A stretch of 63,790 nucleotides of DNA, the filler included, from Hyphochytrium catenoides (Eukaryota > Protista > Hyphochytriomycota), in NCBI GenBank assembly GCA_900088475.1. It is 15 parts of 15 records of this genome, joined end to end, with 100 filler letters (N's around TTAATTAATTAA, not from the genome) between each part and the next. Parts side by side here need not be neighbours in the genome. Positions count along the whole stretch, not along the records: positions 7,205 to 10,813 come from FLMG01001362.1; positions 10,914 to 19,354 come from FLMG01002173.1; positions 19,455 to 26,445 come from FLMG01000041.1; 12 more parts are not named here. One strand, written 5' to 3'. Made by a program: the position numbers and the translations under genes. The stretch's first letter is position 1; each line of letters begins with the position of its first letter. The notes beneath the pieces are model-generated. The model had not been told where the DNA came from, did no database searches, and was given only the letters and a program-made list of their open reading frames with translations. This document shows, piece after piece, positions 7,555 through 19,469 of this stretch.

Positions 7555-9943
7555 CTCTTTCTCTCTATTTCTCTCTCTCTCTCGGTGTATCTGTCTCCGT
7601 CTCTCTGTATCTGTCTGTCTATATATTCTTCCTCCCCCCACGCACTTCTTCATTCTCATCTCTCTTCGTTTCTTCCTTCCTCTCTCTATCTCTCTCCCAT
7701 TACTCGCCTTCTCTTGTTCGTTCTCTTTCTTTCTCTTTTGCTCTTTCACTTGTTACTCCTCTATTTGTCACATGATGTTAATCTCTCTTTCTAATCTCTT
7801 TTTTCTGTTTCTAAGCTAATAGCGATCATCTGCCTCCTTAGGAACCTTCTTCAAAGTTGCCCGAACTGGACTGCCAGATGTCTCTGAGGCGACCGCCAAA
7901 AAGACTATCAAGGATGTCTCTTCCTCCTCCTCGTCCTCTTCTTCTTTCTCCTCTTCTCTTCCTATTCCTCTATCGTTGGGGGAGAGCGGAGAGGGCATCC
8001 GAAGCGTCATTCTCGAGGCAACCTCGACGTCTTCCTTCAAGCGGCCAGTGTTCCAGATACTGGACGAGTTGGCCTTGGCAAGCTATGACGATCTGCATTA
8101 TGAAACTATTATGGAAGGTGAAGTGCAGGATTTATTCTCCTGTCTCGCGAGTTCTCTCCCTCTTGCTCTTTTCTCTCTCTCTCTCTCTCCTCTCTCGTGT
8201 TTCTGTACGGTTCTCATTCTCCTCTTTTATCTTTCCCTTTCTCTAGTTCTTCATCTCTATCCGTCGGTCAGTCTATCTACCCTATCTATGGATGACACAT
8301 GCTGTCTTCCTTTCACTCTCGATCCTATGTAGTCTACAATGCTGTCCAATATCTTTCTTCTTCTCTCTCTCTCGCCTCTCTGTCTCTCTCTCGCTTACTC
8401 TCTCCTTCTCCTAATTCCACTCTGCAAGGCGTCTTTCTCTCTTCTCCGCTCATATCCCTGACTCCTGGCCATCCGCCTGCCTCCTGGTTCCCTCTCATAT
8501 TCTTTCGTATCTTCCGTCAATATGTGTTAGTCCTGGACAACCGCCTCTCGGACTGCAATGCTTGGAAATGGAAGCACGCCTACCGTGGTCTCTTGGTCTT
8601 AGAGTACCTCTCCTGCTATGGGAATCTCCGTTGTCTCCCTGACCTATTGGACAGAGCGAAGAAACTGAGGGAATTGCATGGGTACAAGTCCGAGATCGCA
8701 GGAAGAGACAATAGCAAACAAGGTAAGATGGGCATCACGACAGAGGTTTCTGTTGCCTTTCGCCAATCTCTCTTTTGTCTCTCCTTATCCTTCTATTGCT
8801 TTCTCTGTCTCTCTGTCTGTCTCTCTCTCTCTCTCTTCCTCTTCTCTCTCTTTCGCACTCTTACTCTTTCTCTTCTTCCCTCTCTCTCTCTGTCGCTCTT
8901 TTGGCAAGCAACTTGAATTTCTTGTTTCCAGTGTCCAACCGCACATAGTGTCCTCTCTTCTTTCTCAGCTTCGACTCTTTCTATTCCTCCTCACCTTACC
9001 ATGCGTCCCTTTGATTGAATTCTGGTGCTATTGTTGCGGAGGAGCCACAGTTTCTGATTTTTCTCTCGCCTTGCTCCCACCTGGTCTGTTGGTTTCTTTG
9101 TTCTCCTGCTCTTTTCATCTCTCTCTCTCTCGCTCTCTCCATTCCTTCCTAACCGCTTTCCAGTGCGTCTGCAGGCTCACATCTCCTACAATGTGCTCAA
9201 TGACGTCAGGAAGCTACGGCTGGCGAGACAGAATATGCTTAAGGTTGGGAGAGAGAGGAGTCCAATGTTTATTTCGTCTCTGGTTCTCCCTCTATGTTCT
9301 CTTCCATTAGCGGTCTCTGTTCCGTCTCTTCTCTCATTTTCCAGTCATCTCTTCCTTAACTCTCTCTTCCCCCCCTCTCTCTCTCTTCCTCTTCTTTTCT
9401 GTCTTTCTGCTTCTCCTCATACTGCGCCGCCCTATTTAGCTGGACGAGAGCGCCTCTGGCCCTCGGGCGAAGGCTATCGAGCCAGAAAAGATCTTAGACT
9501 TCTCAAGGTTACACTCTCAGCTTGCTCCTTCTGGCTACACTGTGACGAAGAGACAAGAGGCTGACGAGAAAGGACAGAAGGGAAAGAAGAAGGACAAGAA
9601 GGCTATCTCAGCGTCGTCATCATCGTCTTCCCTCGCCTCTCAGGAGCCAGTAAAGCCTGCCACTCCTGTTACGTCGGATCTTATTTCGTTTGATGCGTTT
9701 GAGGAGACAACTGCAGGTCAAACACGGAGAGAGAGAGCACATAATTCCACTTAGCATTTTCTCTCTCTCTCACTCTCTCGTTATGTTCGGTGTCTTGTCG
9801 GCGATACTTGCATATGTGAATCATGACCATTATTCTCTTTTTTCAGGATTCTTGTCTCGTCCTCTCGCTTACCCTCTTCCTCTTGCATTCTCCCTCTCTC
9901 GTTCCTTACACGATCTTTCACTACGTTTCTCTTACTTACGTTA

Positions 9944-9977
<34 letters not shown>

Positions 9978-10440
9978 AACACGCACTCTTTCCTCTCTCG
10001 CAGGCTCGACTACTCCGGTAGCAGGATCTACTGTGGGTACCGGGAGCTTTGGAAGCCGATCGTTTGACTTTGATCTGGGTACATCAAAGAGCAGCGGTGA
10101 GCTTAATCGACGAGTCTACTACTTTTCTGTCGTTTTGATGTCTGTTCTCCACTATCTTCTGACTCTCCCTCTCTTTTCGTCTCTTTCTTCACTCTTCCTT
10201 CCTCTAGCAACCTGTGGATCTCTTCTCCTCGTCCCTATGTCCCTACGGGCCATTCCGAGGTCTGTACTGCTTAGTAGCAAGGACTCTTTCTCGCTCTCTT
10301 TGATTTTCATTTTTTGAGCTGTTCCCTCTTTCTGTCTCTGAAAATCTACAGCGCTGTCAGACTTCAGTGCATCTTCAAATGGCTTCCAAGTGAACTGGAA
10401 CACGCCTGCACAGGCCTCATCTGTCTCTTTTGGACAACCT
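7205..10440 (+). CDS. Multi-exon protein: dDENN-like segment, then ENTH (epsin) domain, then low-complexity tail (5' partial, 3' end approximate)
   Basis: Exon 7205-7402 (PDKKMFLQYR...FLKEFLQTKMVDLFLEE, dDENN-like); 7842-8117 (VILEATS...ILDELALASYDDLHYETIME); 8531-8722 (VLDNRLSDCNAWKWKHAYRGLLVLEYL); 9164-9243 (VRLQAHISYNVLNDVRKLRLAR). GT-AG junctions are in phase. Later exons carry SDLISFDAF and SFDFDL motifs. Confidence 0.8.
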
Positions 10441-10913
10441 GTAAGTCATTAGCCTTCCATCCTCTGTCTCTTTTCCTTTTTCCCCCTCCTATTTCCTTCT
10501 TAGTTGTCTAGCCCATTACCCTCCTCTCTTTATTTGGAGCGAAAATTTGCTTGTTCTTGAAGATCTGGTATGGACTGGCAAGCCCTTTTTATGTCTCTCT
10601 TTTTCTCTCTCTCTCCCTGGCATCGACATCGTCTCTTGGCTCACCAGGACTCTCTTCTTTTCTCTTCCTAGTCACACAGTAGTCTTCAGTCCTTCGACAT
10701 GTTCTTTGGACCTGAATCTCCGTCGAGACGCGGCAGCGTGCTCTCTGTTTCTTCTCCGCCGCTTCCCCTTTCTCCCTCTTCCCTCTCCACTGCCCCGAGC
10801 GCTAACAGTACTGNNNNNNNNNNNNNNNNNNNNNNNNNNNNNNNNNNNNNNNNNNNNTTAATTAATTAANNNNNNNNNNNNNNNNNNNNNNNNNNNNNNN
10901 NNNNNNNNNNNNN

Positions 10914-11257
10914 GAGAGAGAGAGAGAGAGATTGAGAGATTTGAGAAGAGAAAGAAGAGGAGAGAATGGGAAGAAAGAAGGAAGAAGCAAGGGAGAGAAG
11001 GGCATAAAACATGCCCAGAGAAGTAGACGAAAGACCCCGAAACGACATTTTGGTAGAAGATCCAGAGCGATGACGAAACGACGAGACAGAGGGAGAGAAA
11101 GAGAGAGAGAGGGAGACAACAGAGGAAAGCAGAGCGTTGAAGTCTATCTGACCCAGCAGCATAGCAACGCCCTCTCTTCTTCTCTCCTCCTCCAAACATA
11201 AGAACGGTCGTTATCCGCCGTGTCAGCGAGACAGAGAGAAAGGGATAAAGAAAGAGA

Positions 11258-11303
<46 letters not shown>

Positions 11304-12145
11304 ACAAAAGAGAGACACCACGGAGGGAAAAAGAAATCTACCGTTGCAGTCGTCACGGCCGGTAAGCAAGGCATCAGAAGGAGAGGAGGCAGGGAGGCAC
11401 GCCATTGTCTGCTGGAGGAATTATCTTCGGAGAGAGAGAGCAAGAGAGAAGCAGAAAGGAGACAGAGTTAGAAAGTAAAGAGAAGAACGAGGACTTTCTT
11501 AGGGGAGGAGAGAGAGACACAGAGAGAAAGAGAGAGCCACAAGAGAAGGAAGACGCAGAGGAGGAGAAGAAGAGACAACGAACTGGACGTCGTCAACCAT
11601 CATCACTCAGGCATAAGAAGTTGGCCTCTTCTCTCCTCCTTCGGCCGGTCCTTGCCTCTTCCAAGGGTGGTCTTCTTAGGGACACAACGGCCTTTCGAGG
11701 AGGAGCATTGATCGTCCTTCCTCTTTCTTCTTCCGTTTTTTCGTCTCTCTCTCTCTCTTGTTGAGGAGCTGTAGAGAGAAAGAAGAGGAAAATACTGACA
11801 CAGAGAGAGAAACAGAAGAGGAAGAGATGGAGAAGCTGATCGGAGACGGTGTTATGGGGCAGTTACGGGTCAACAACGCAAACGACGAGACAGAAGGGAG
11901 AGAGAGAGAGAAAGAGAAAAATGAAGAGAGACAAGGAGAGAACGAGAGAAAGAGAAAGAACGTGAGAGAAAGAGAGAGAGAGAGAGAGAAAGAGAAAAAT
12001 GAAGAGAGACAAGGAGAGAACGAGAGAGAAGCAAAAGAGAGAGAGAAAGACCGTGAGAGAAAGAGAAAGAGTGAGAGAGAGAGAAAAAGAGAGTGAGAGA
12101 GAGAGTGGGTATGAGAGAGAGAGAGAGAGTGTGTGTGTGAAAAAG

Positions 12146-12203
<58 letters not shown>

Positions 12204-12549
12204 CAACGCAACGGCAACTTCCATAGTTTGCAAAAGCCAGCGTCCTCCTCGACCGACCAACCCAAATAGTGTTAAGGTACAACATGATACTAAGATGAAC
12301 ACTGTGAATCCCTTGAAACACAAGCTAAATTCAGCGCCAGCGCAGAATACGAGTATAAGGGGAAACAAAATGTTGATGGCAAGACTTGTAAGATCCGTAG
12401 GTCTTTATGTTTGGTTAAGTGTAACAGAAAGCGGCATGAGTATCGGGAAAAGCGAAATAATAAGGGAGGCCGGAAGGGCTAATGGTTCTGTTGTATGTGG
12501 CTGAACGACCGGCTTCCGTGTCTGTTCAGACATGCCTCTTCAGACCAGC

Positions 12550-12619
<70 letters not shown>

Positions 12620-13441
12620 AAGAGAGAAACAGAGGCGGAGAAAAGAATGGTAAGAGACAGAGAGCGAGCGAAAGAAAAAGATAGATGTAGAATGAGAGAG
12701 GAAATGAGAAAGTTAAGAGCTAGAGAGCGGGAGGAGGGAGAGAGAGAGAGCTAGAGAGCGGGAGAGAGAGAGAGAGAGAGAAAAAATATGTGCAGGAGAA
12801 AGAGCGGGGGCGGAGGGAGAGAGCAAGAAAGAGAGAAACGGTAACGCCGCTCACTGCTGCTGGAAGTAAGCAGGATGGAGGACCAGGGCATTGCGCAGAA
12901 GAGAAGGACGGCAACCACCACTTCATGAGAATCCAGTGCCTGATGGCGCTACTGGCCGTCCCGCCGCCTGCTCCCGCTCTTCTCCTCATCCATTCTTTTC
13001 TTTGCTCATACTCTCTCCCCCGTTCCTCTCTCTCTCTCTCTCTTTTTCTTTCTGTCCGTCCCTTCGTCCCTCGCTTTCTAGTCTCTCTCTCTGTATTTCT
13101 CTCGGTCTCTTTTTCTCTCCCCTCTATCTCCCCCTCGTTATCTCTTTCTCTGTCCCCTCCTCGTCCCTCGCTGCTGCCTTATATTTTCTCTCTCCCTCCT
13201 GCTTCTTGATGCCTTTGCTCTCCTCTTCTTCTCCATCATCATTTCCTCACGTCAGGAGCGAGGAAAGCACCGAAGAAGGCAGAAGACTTGATAGATTTGA
13301 TGATGGGAGAGAACAGGAGGAGGAGACATCTCCCTGTCTTGTCTCTATAATAATGCGTAAGATCATCAATCATTATATTCGATAGATGCTGATGGCAAGC
13401 ACCAAGGAGGAGAGGACTACTAGGGAAAATGGTGGACCAAG

Positions 13442-13477
<36 letters not shown>

Positions 13478-14321
13478 AACAGAGAGAGAGAGAGAAGAGA
13501 GAGAAGAGAGAAACAGAGAGAGAGAGAGAAAGAAAGAGAGCAAGACGGGAGAACTCAGAGGAGCAAGAGAAGAGCGGATGAGAAGAGGAGGGCAGCGAGC
13601 GAGAGAACGGAGAGAGAGAGACACACACGCACAAAGAGAGAAACAAAGGAGGAGAGAAGAAAGCAGCAAGGAGACAGCCAAAAGAACTAAAGCAGCAGTA
13701 GTAGCCGTAAGCGATCCTCTATTGCCGAGAGTAATTATCTTTATGGCTAAGCGGGAGAAGAAGAACAATCATCAAGCGAGCACTGCTGGTCTTCTCCCTC
13801 GTCTTCTCTTTCTCTTCTTTCTCTTACCTTTTTCTCACTTCATCTCTTCTTCTCTAATAACTGTTCTCTGTATATTCACCGAAGGACCTGGCGCCTGGAT
13901 CCTCACTTCTCACCTGGTGATGGGGAGAGAGAAGAAGAGAGGCATTGTAGTTCTACTAAGTAGTAAGAACGATAAAGGGACTACTGACAGTAAACGATGA
14001 TCTCCACCAGTTGTTGTTTGCTCCTTTCCTCCATCCGTTGTCCTCTTTCTTCTCTCTCTCTCTCTTCTCTTCTCTCTCCCTTTTGTTTTTTTCTTCTCTC
14101 TCTCTCCTCTTCCTCTCTTCATTTCTATTATCTCTCCGTCCTCACATCTCTTGCCTCGCTCCCGTTGTCAGAGAGGAGAAGCTCCTCATCAGCGACAATA
14201 ATGGAACGATTGACCGATGCTCCTCCGTATCCTAACTTCTTCTTCCTCATGCAAACAGGCGGCCATTATTGGAGGAGGGACGACTCTTGTCTTTCTCTCT
14301 CTTCCTCTCTCTGACTCGTTG

Positions 14322-14373
<52 letters not shown>

Positions 14374-14717
14374 CTCTCTCCTCTTTCAACACACACTCTC
14401 TCTCGTGCAGTACGAGTACTCTCTCTCTCTTTGCAGTGATGGGATAACAAACGAATATCTAAACGAATATAACAACGAATAAGAACTTCATGTCCAATGT
14501 GAATGCTATACCGGGACAAAAGGCTGCCGATATTTAAGTCTTCACGCACGAAAGTTAACATGAAACCGCTTGATGCCCTGAAATAATCCAGTCCAAGAGA
14601 AAAGAAACAGGAAGAGAAAGAAAAGGAGAGAGAAAGAGGATGGAAGACTGGTCTTGAAGAGAGAAGGCAAAATGGCTTTGCTATAGGGAAAGAGAAGAAA
14701 CCGAAAGGGAGAGATGA

Positions 14718-14790
<73 letters not shown>

Positions 14791-15645
14791 GAAGAAAGAG
14801 GGAGAGAGAGAGAAGAGAGAGAGAGAAAAGGAAAAGGATTATTGATGACGAGAGAGCCGTAGGTGGTACTCAGGTGAGCCTAGCTTATGAATGACGTGGA
14901 GGGCAAGTCCCCTCCTTCTCCCCTCTCGCCTGTCCCGTCTCCCCTCGTTAGCCACTCCCGCCGTCTCAACATCTTCTCGCAACACCAGGAGAGAACCCAT
15001 CAAGTTTCCTCTCCTCTTCCTCACTCTGAGGAGGCTATGATGACGGTGTCCCTAATGTCCATGCCGCTCTCTCGTCCTTCCCGATCTGCTCATGATGAAA
15101 CGCTTTGCAATGCTGTCCCAAGTCCCGGTTGCGGTGCTGCTCTCTGTTGATGATGAAGATACTCGAAGGATAAGCGCAAGAAGAAGAGAGGAAAGTCTTC
15201 TCCCGTCGATTGCACAGCCCTCCTAGTAGTCTCGAAAAGAGCAACAGAGCCGACATAGGGAGAGAGAGGGAGAGAGACACCAGAGAGAGACACGAGAGAG
15301 AAGGAAAGAGAGAGAAACGAGAGAAGAGGACGAAGAAGGGGGATTAGAGAGCAAACCAGAGGAGGAAGAAGAAAGTAACAGAAGATAAGCCGAAGAAGGT
15401 TGCACTACTGTCTCCGCTGAAGCAGGATCTCCTCCTCATTCTGCTGTCTCTTCTGGGCTGGTCTGTCTCTTTCTCCTCTCTTCTGTCTTGCTTGTCTTCC
15501 GTGATAACGCTGTAGGTTACTAGGAAGCACGTGCGCTCCTCTCCCTCTTTCCAAACAATATCTCCCACGTGGAACAGAAGAAGGCGCGAGCCTCACGGAC
15601 TTCTTACTACTTTTTGAAGACAAACAGAGAGAGAGCGAGAGCGAC

Positions 15646-15676
<31 letters not shown>

Positions 15677-15790
15677 GGAGGGAGAGAGAGAGACAGAGAG
15701 AGANNNNNNNNNNNNNNNNNNNNNNNNNNNNNNNNNNNNNNNNNNNNNNNNNNNNNNNNNNNNNNNNNNNNNNNNNNNNNNNNAGAGAGG
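10914..15790. repeat. Dense (GA)n/(CT)n microsatellite and polypurine/polypyrimidine region
   Basis: Long pure GA runs (about 11260-11300, 12150-12197, 12555-12614, 14725-14790) alternate with CT blocks; ~80-bp-period duplication at about 11900-12030. Confidence 0.9.
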
Positions 15791-15954
15791 CCAGACCCAG
15801 GAATGACTGACTGAGAGATACCACGGACCTACGCTGGGCAGCACCTGTTGTCTCTCTCTCTTCTCGTCCGTACCACCGATTCACGGGCCGATTAAACCAC
15901 GGCAAGACCAACAGCAGAGGTTGCGAGAACAGGAAGGAAGAAGAGAAGAGTGAC

Positions 15955-18064
15955 ATGGCCTACTACGACTGTGCCTCAGGTTCCGTTGGCTCGGACGAGT
16001 CTTCTTCTTCTTCTTTCCTTCCCTGTGGACCAGTTGAAGGCTCTGCAGCAGCGGGAGAAGAAGAGGAAGAGTCAACGTTTGACTCTGTGATGTTTATCCT
16101 TAACTATGGCATCATCTTCCTCTCTGCCATCACTGCCGCAGTCAACTGCCTACTTCTCTATCGGCGGAGGAAGCTCTACCCGCTGTACGCCATCACCATT
16201 CCCTTTGCCCTGCTCAGAGAGATCGGAACCTTCTACGCTGTCTTTGGCGCCGTCATCCCAGACGCTCTCGGGTGCTTCTGGGGCACCATCACCTGGGAAT
16301 CGGACAATTTTCCTCTCTTGGCTGTCTTTATCTATGAGGAGTTCCAGCTCTATCTGAAGTTCAAGCAGCACCAGCAGATGTTCAGCCTTGGCCAGAAGAA
16401 GCAGGGTCTCAAGCACTATAAACGCCTCTCTTCTCTCACCGCGGGCGTGGCGTTTGTCCTGCTCTGTGGGCTCATCTTCAACACTGTCACGCTTGATCGC
16501 TTCCTCCGCCTGGGGCCCGCGCGGGTCATGGAGCTGTCCAATGCAGATGACGAGTGCTGGCTGAGCAACGGCTATGGAGAGGTGAGGCTTTCTGCCCGTT
16601 CTGATAAGCTTTATCAATTCTCATGTCCAACTCTTTTTTCGTTTTTGCATTCTCTCTCTCTCTCTCTCTCTCTCTCCCTGTTTTCTCTCTGTCTCCCCTG
16701 TCTCTGTCTCTTTTTTTTCTCTTCTTCTCTTCCTACCTTCAAGTAAGGGCGCTGGAAAGCCTCTCCTGACAAGCAGACTGCGCTGCGTTCGGTGTGCTGG
16801 GCTTTCCTCTTTCTCTTCTCCACTGCTGGCTCTTTCAATTCTCCTCTTTCTGTTCCGTCTCCACCTTCTTATAGCCCATCATTTCTCCTCTTTCTGTTCC
16901 GTCTCCACCTTCTTTTAGCTCATCATCCCCGCTGCTCACATCATCTCTTCTTCCTTCTCCTGCTGACTCTGCTCTCCTGTGGCCCGTCCCTTCTCTCTTC
17001 GTCGTCTCTTGATGCCACTTTCTCCATCCTCCTCCTCCTCCCATCTCTAGTCCGTAGGCGACACAATCTTTGGGGTGGTGGTCACTGGCACGATCCTCTA
17101 TCTCGCCATCGCGATGCGGAAGGTTGACGATGCTTTCGGCTGGAGTCCGCGATATCAGCGCTGCGCTGTCTTTATTGGCTTTGGCATTGCGATGTGGCAG
17201 GTGGCCATCCTCATCGAGCACTTTGATGTGGATCCTGAGGCCGTGCTGAAGATGTACGTGGTGATGAACTGGGTGTATGCCTTCTGCATGTACTGCTGTT
17301 CATGGATCCTCACCTTCTCGGCACTGCGCCACTCTTACGTCTTTGAGCGGCACAAGCTCCTCTCTGCCAGAGGGAGAAAAGGACCTTCTTCATCTTCACT
17401 CTCCACTGCTGCTGCGGCTGAGAAGAGAGAGAGTCATACGCTGTTAGTAGGTTCCAATAGAAAGAAGGGGAATAACCTAAGGAGTGAGGACGAGGTTGAC
17501 CCCGTTGAAGGAAGCGGAGGCCCAAACCTTTTCCAGCTCCTAATCCCTGTGTCTTCTTCTGAAGAGCTGTGGAGAGCTTTGAAGGACGAGCGAGTGATGG
17601 GGGCGTTCCACCAGCATCTCGTCAAGGAGTTTGCAGTGGAGAACGGCTTCTATATCACGACCTCTCTGCTCTATCGACAGGCGAAGACAGAGGAAGAACG
17701 CGGCAGGTGGGCTAGAGAGGTATTGGAGGCGCATCTGTACGAGCAGAGCGCCACCGAGGTGAACATCTCTGATGGGTTACGCAGAGTCAAGATTGAAGAA
17801 GTTCAGAAGGCGTTAGAGGGCCATTCCTTCCCCGCTGACCTCTTCTTCGCCGTCGATGAGGAGATCGCCGCCATGCTCCTTGATCCTTATCGTCGCTTCT
17901 ATCACAATGTGAAGAGAGGAGAAGAGGAGAGAGTAACAAGAGAGAGAAACGAAGAAGGGAAGAAGAAGGTAGGTGCAGCTGCTGCTGCTGCTGCTGCAGC
18001 CAAGAAAGGGAAGAAGAAGACACCAGTCGCTGCCAGGATCAGGGTAAAGCCCTCAATAAGTTGA
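15955..18064 (+). CDS. 7TM-RGS protein (multi-TM domain plus C-terminal regulator of G-protein signalling domain)
   Basis: Exon 15955-16581 and exon 17051-18064 (GTGAGG..CTCTAG, phase 0). About seven hydrophobic segments precede an RGS box: ALKDERVMGAFHQHLVKEFAVENGFY...EAHLYEQSATEVNIS...DLFFAVDEEIAAMLLDPYRRF. Confidence 0.88.
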
Positions 18065-18587
18065 TCTCCGTGGCTTTGCTGGCACTTTTGGCCTTTGTAC
18101 CAAGAGGAAGACAGCACGCAGAGCTCAACATTGATAAAGAAAAGGAGAAGAGACACTTCTTCCTTCTTCTTCTCCTGATCAACAAGGAAACACGCTGTTT
18201 GTCCGCGCTCCTCGCTCAGGGCGGGGCGCCGGCGGGACAGTTCTGCCCATCAACAACAACAGGGATCTTCCTTCCACATCGTTCATTCACTAGCAGCAGC
18301 AGCAGCAGCAGCAGCAGCACTGAGGAAAGAAGGATAATGATCTCATCGCTAACGTTAGTGTGAGGAATCATCATCATTGCGTTCAGGTGCAGCCCTGAGC
18401 AGCCGCCGCCGCCGCAGCAGCAGCAGTAGTAGTAGAAGAAGAAACCTCCGCCTGTGTGATGATGATGATGAAGAGGCCGAACATCTGAGGAAAGCCGTTT
18501 ATTTATTAGCTTTGTAAGACAAACAGTTGCTTTCCTTCCTATTCTTTCATTCTCTCTCTCTCTCTCTCTCTGTCTCTCTCCTCTCTT

Positions 18588-18620
<33 letters not shown>

Positions 18621-19469
18621 GTTCCTGTCCCTCTGCGCCCGTGCTAGACCTACTGACCTCGCAACATCTTCGGAGAGGAGAGAAAGAGAGCTCTGACATC
18701 TCTACTATACTTAGCGTGAATGATGAGAGAGAGAGAGAGAGAGGAGCTAGAGATAGACAAAATGGCTCAGTACTACTCGTGCTGTGCTCCTCGATCATCT
18801 TTCTCTCTTTCTTGTTGCCTCCGCCATCATCACCAGTCTGATGGAAGAGTCTCTCTCGCTCACTTCCAAAGCTTGGCTTGCTCTATAACGCGTCCGCTCC
18901 TCTCTCTTCTCTTCTCTTCTCTTCTTCTTATCTCTCTTTCTTCTCTCTCTCTTTTCTCTTTCTCTTTCTCTCGGATGGTCTAGCTATCATCCCATTGGCA
19001 CTAGCCCCAAACAGAGAAGGTGAAGGTCCAAGAGCTGTCGTCAGTCCTGAAACAATGCTGCGCGCCTTTCTCTGTCCTCTTTCTCCCCGCGCTATTTCTC
19101 TCCTTTTCTCAAGCTCTATTTAGTCAGGACGAAGGAGGAAGAAAGAGGGAGGGAAAGAAGACGAAAGGGAAGAAGAAACGGAAGAAGAGAGGAAGACTCT
19201 TCCGTTTGTCACGAGGTTGTGTCTCCTTGTCTCTTTCTTTTGACAAAAGGATGAGGGCAGTCAAAGCATAATTATGATGGAGGCAAGGAAGAAGCAGTGA
19301 AGAGAAGATGGAGAGAGATAGATAGATAGATAGATAGATATATAGATATATATANNNNNNNNNNNNNNNNNNNNNNNNNNNNNNNNNNNNNNNNNNNNTT
19401 AATTAATTAANNNNNNNNNNNNNNNNNNNNNNNNNNNNNNNNNNNNNNNNNNNNAATAAGCCGCTCAGT

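Noticed and set aside
10858-15850. Many ORFs with (ER)n or (LS)n tracts
   Set aside because: These are translations of GA/CT microsatellites, which lack stop codons. No protein family signal.
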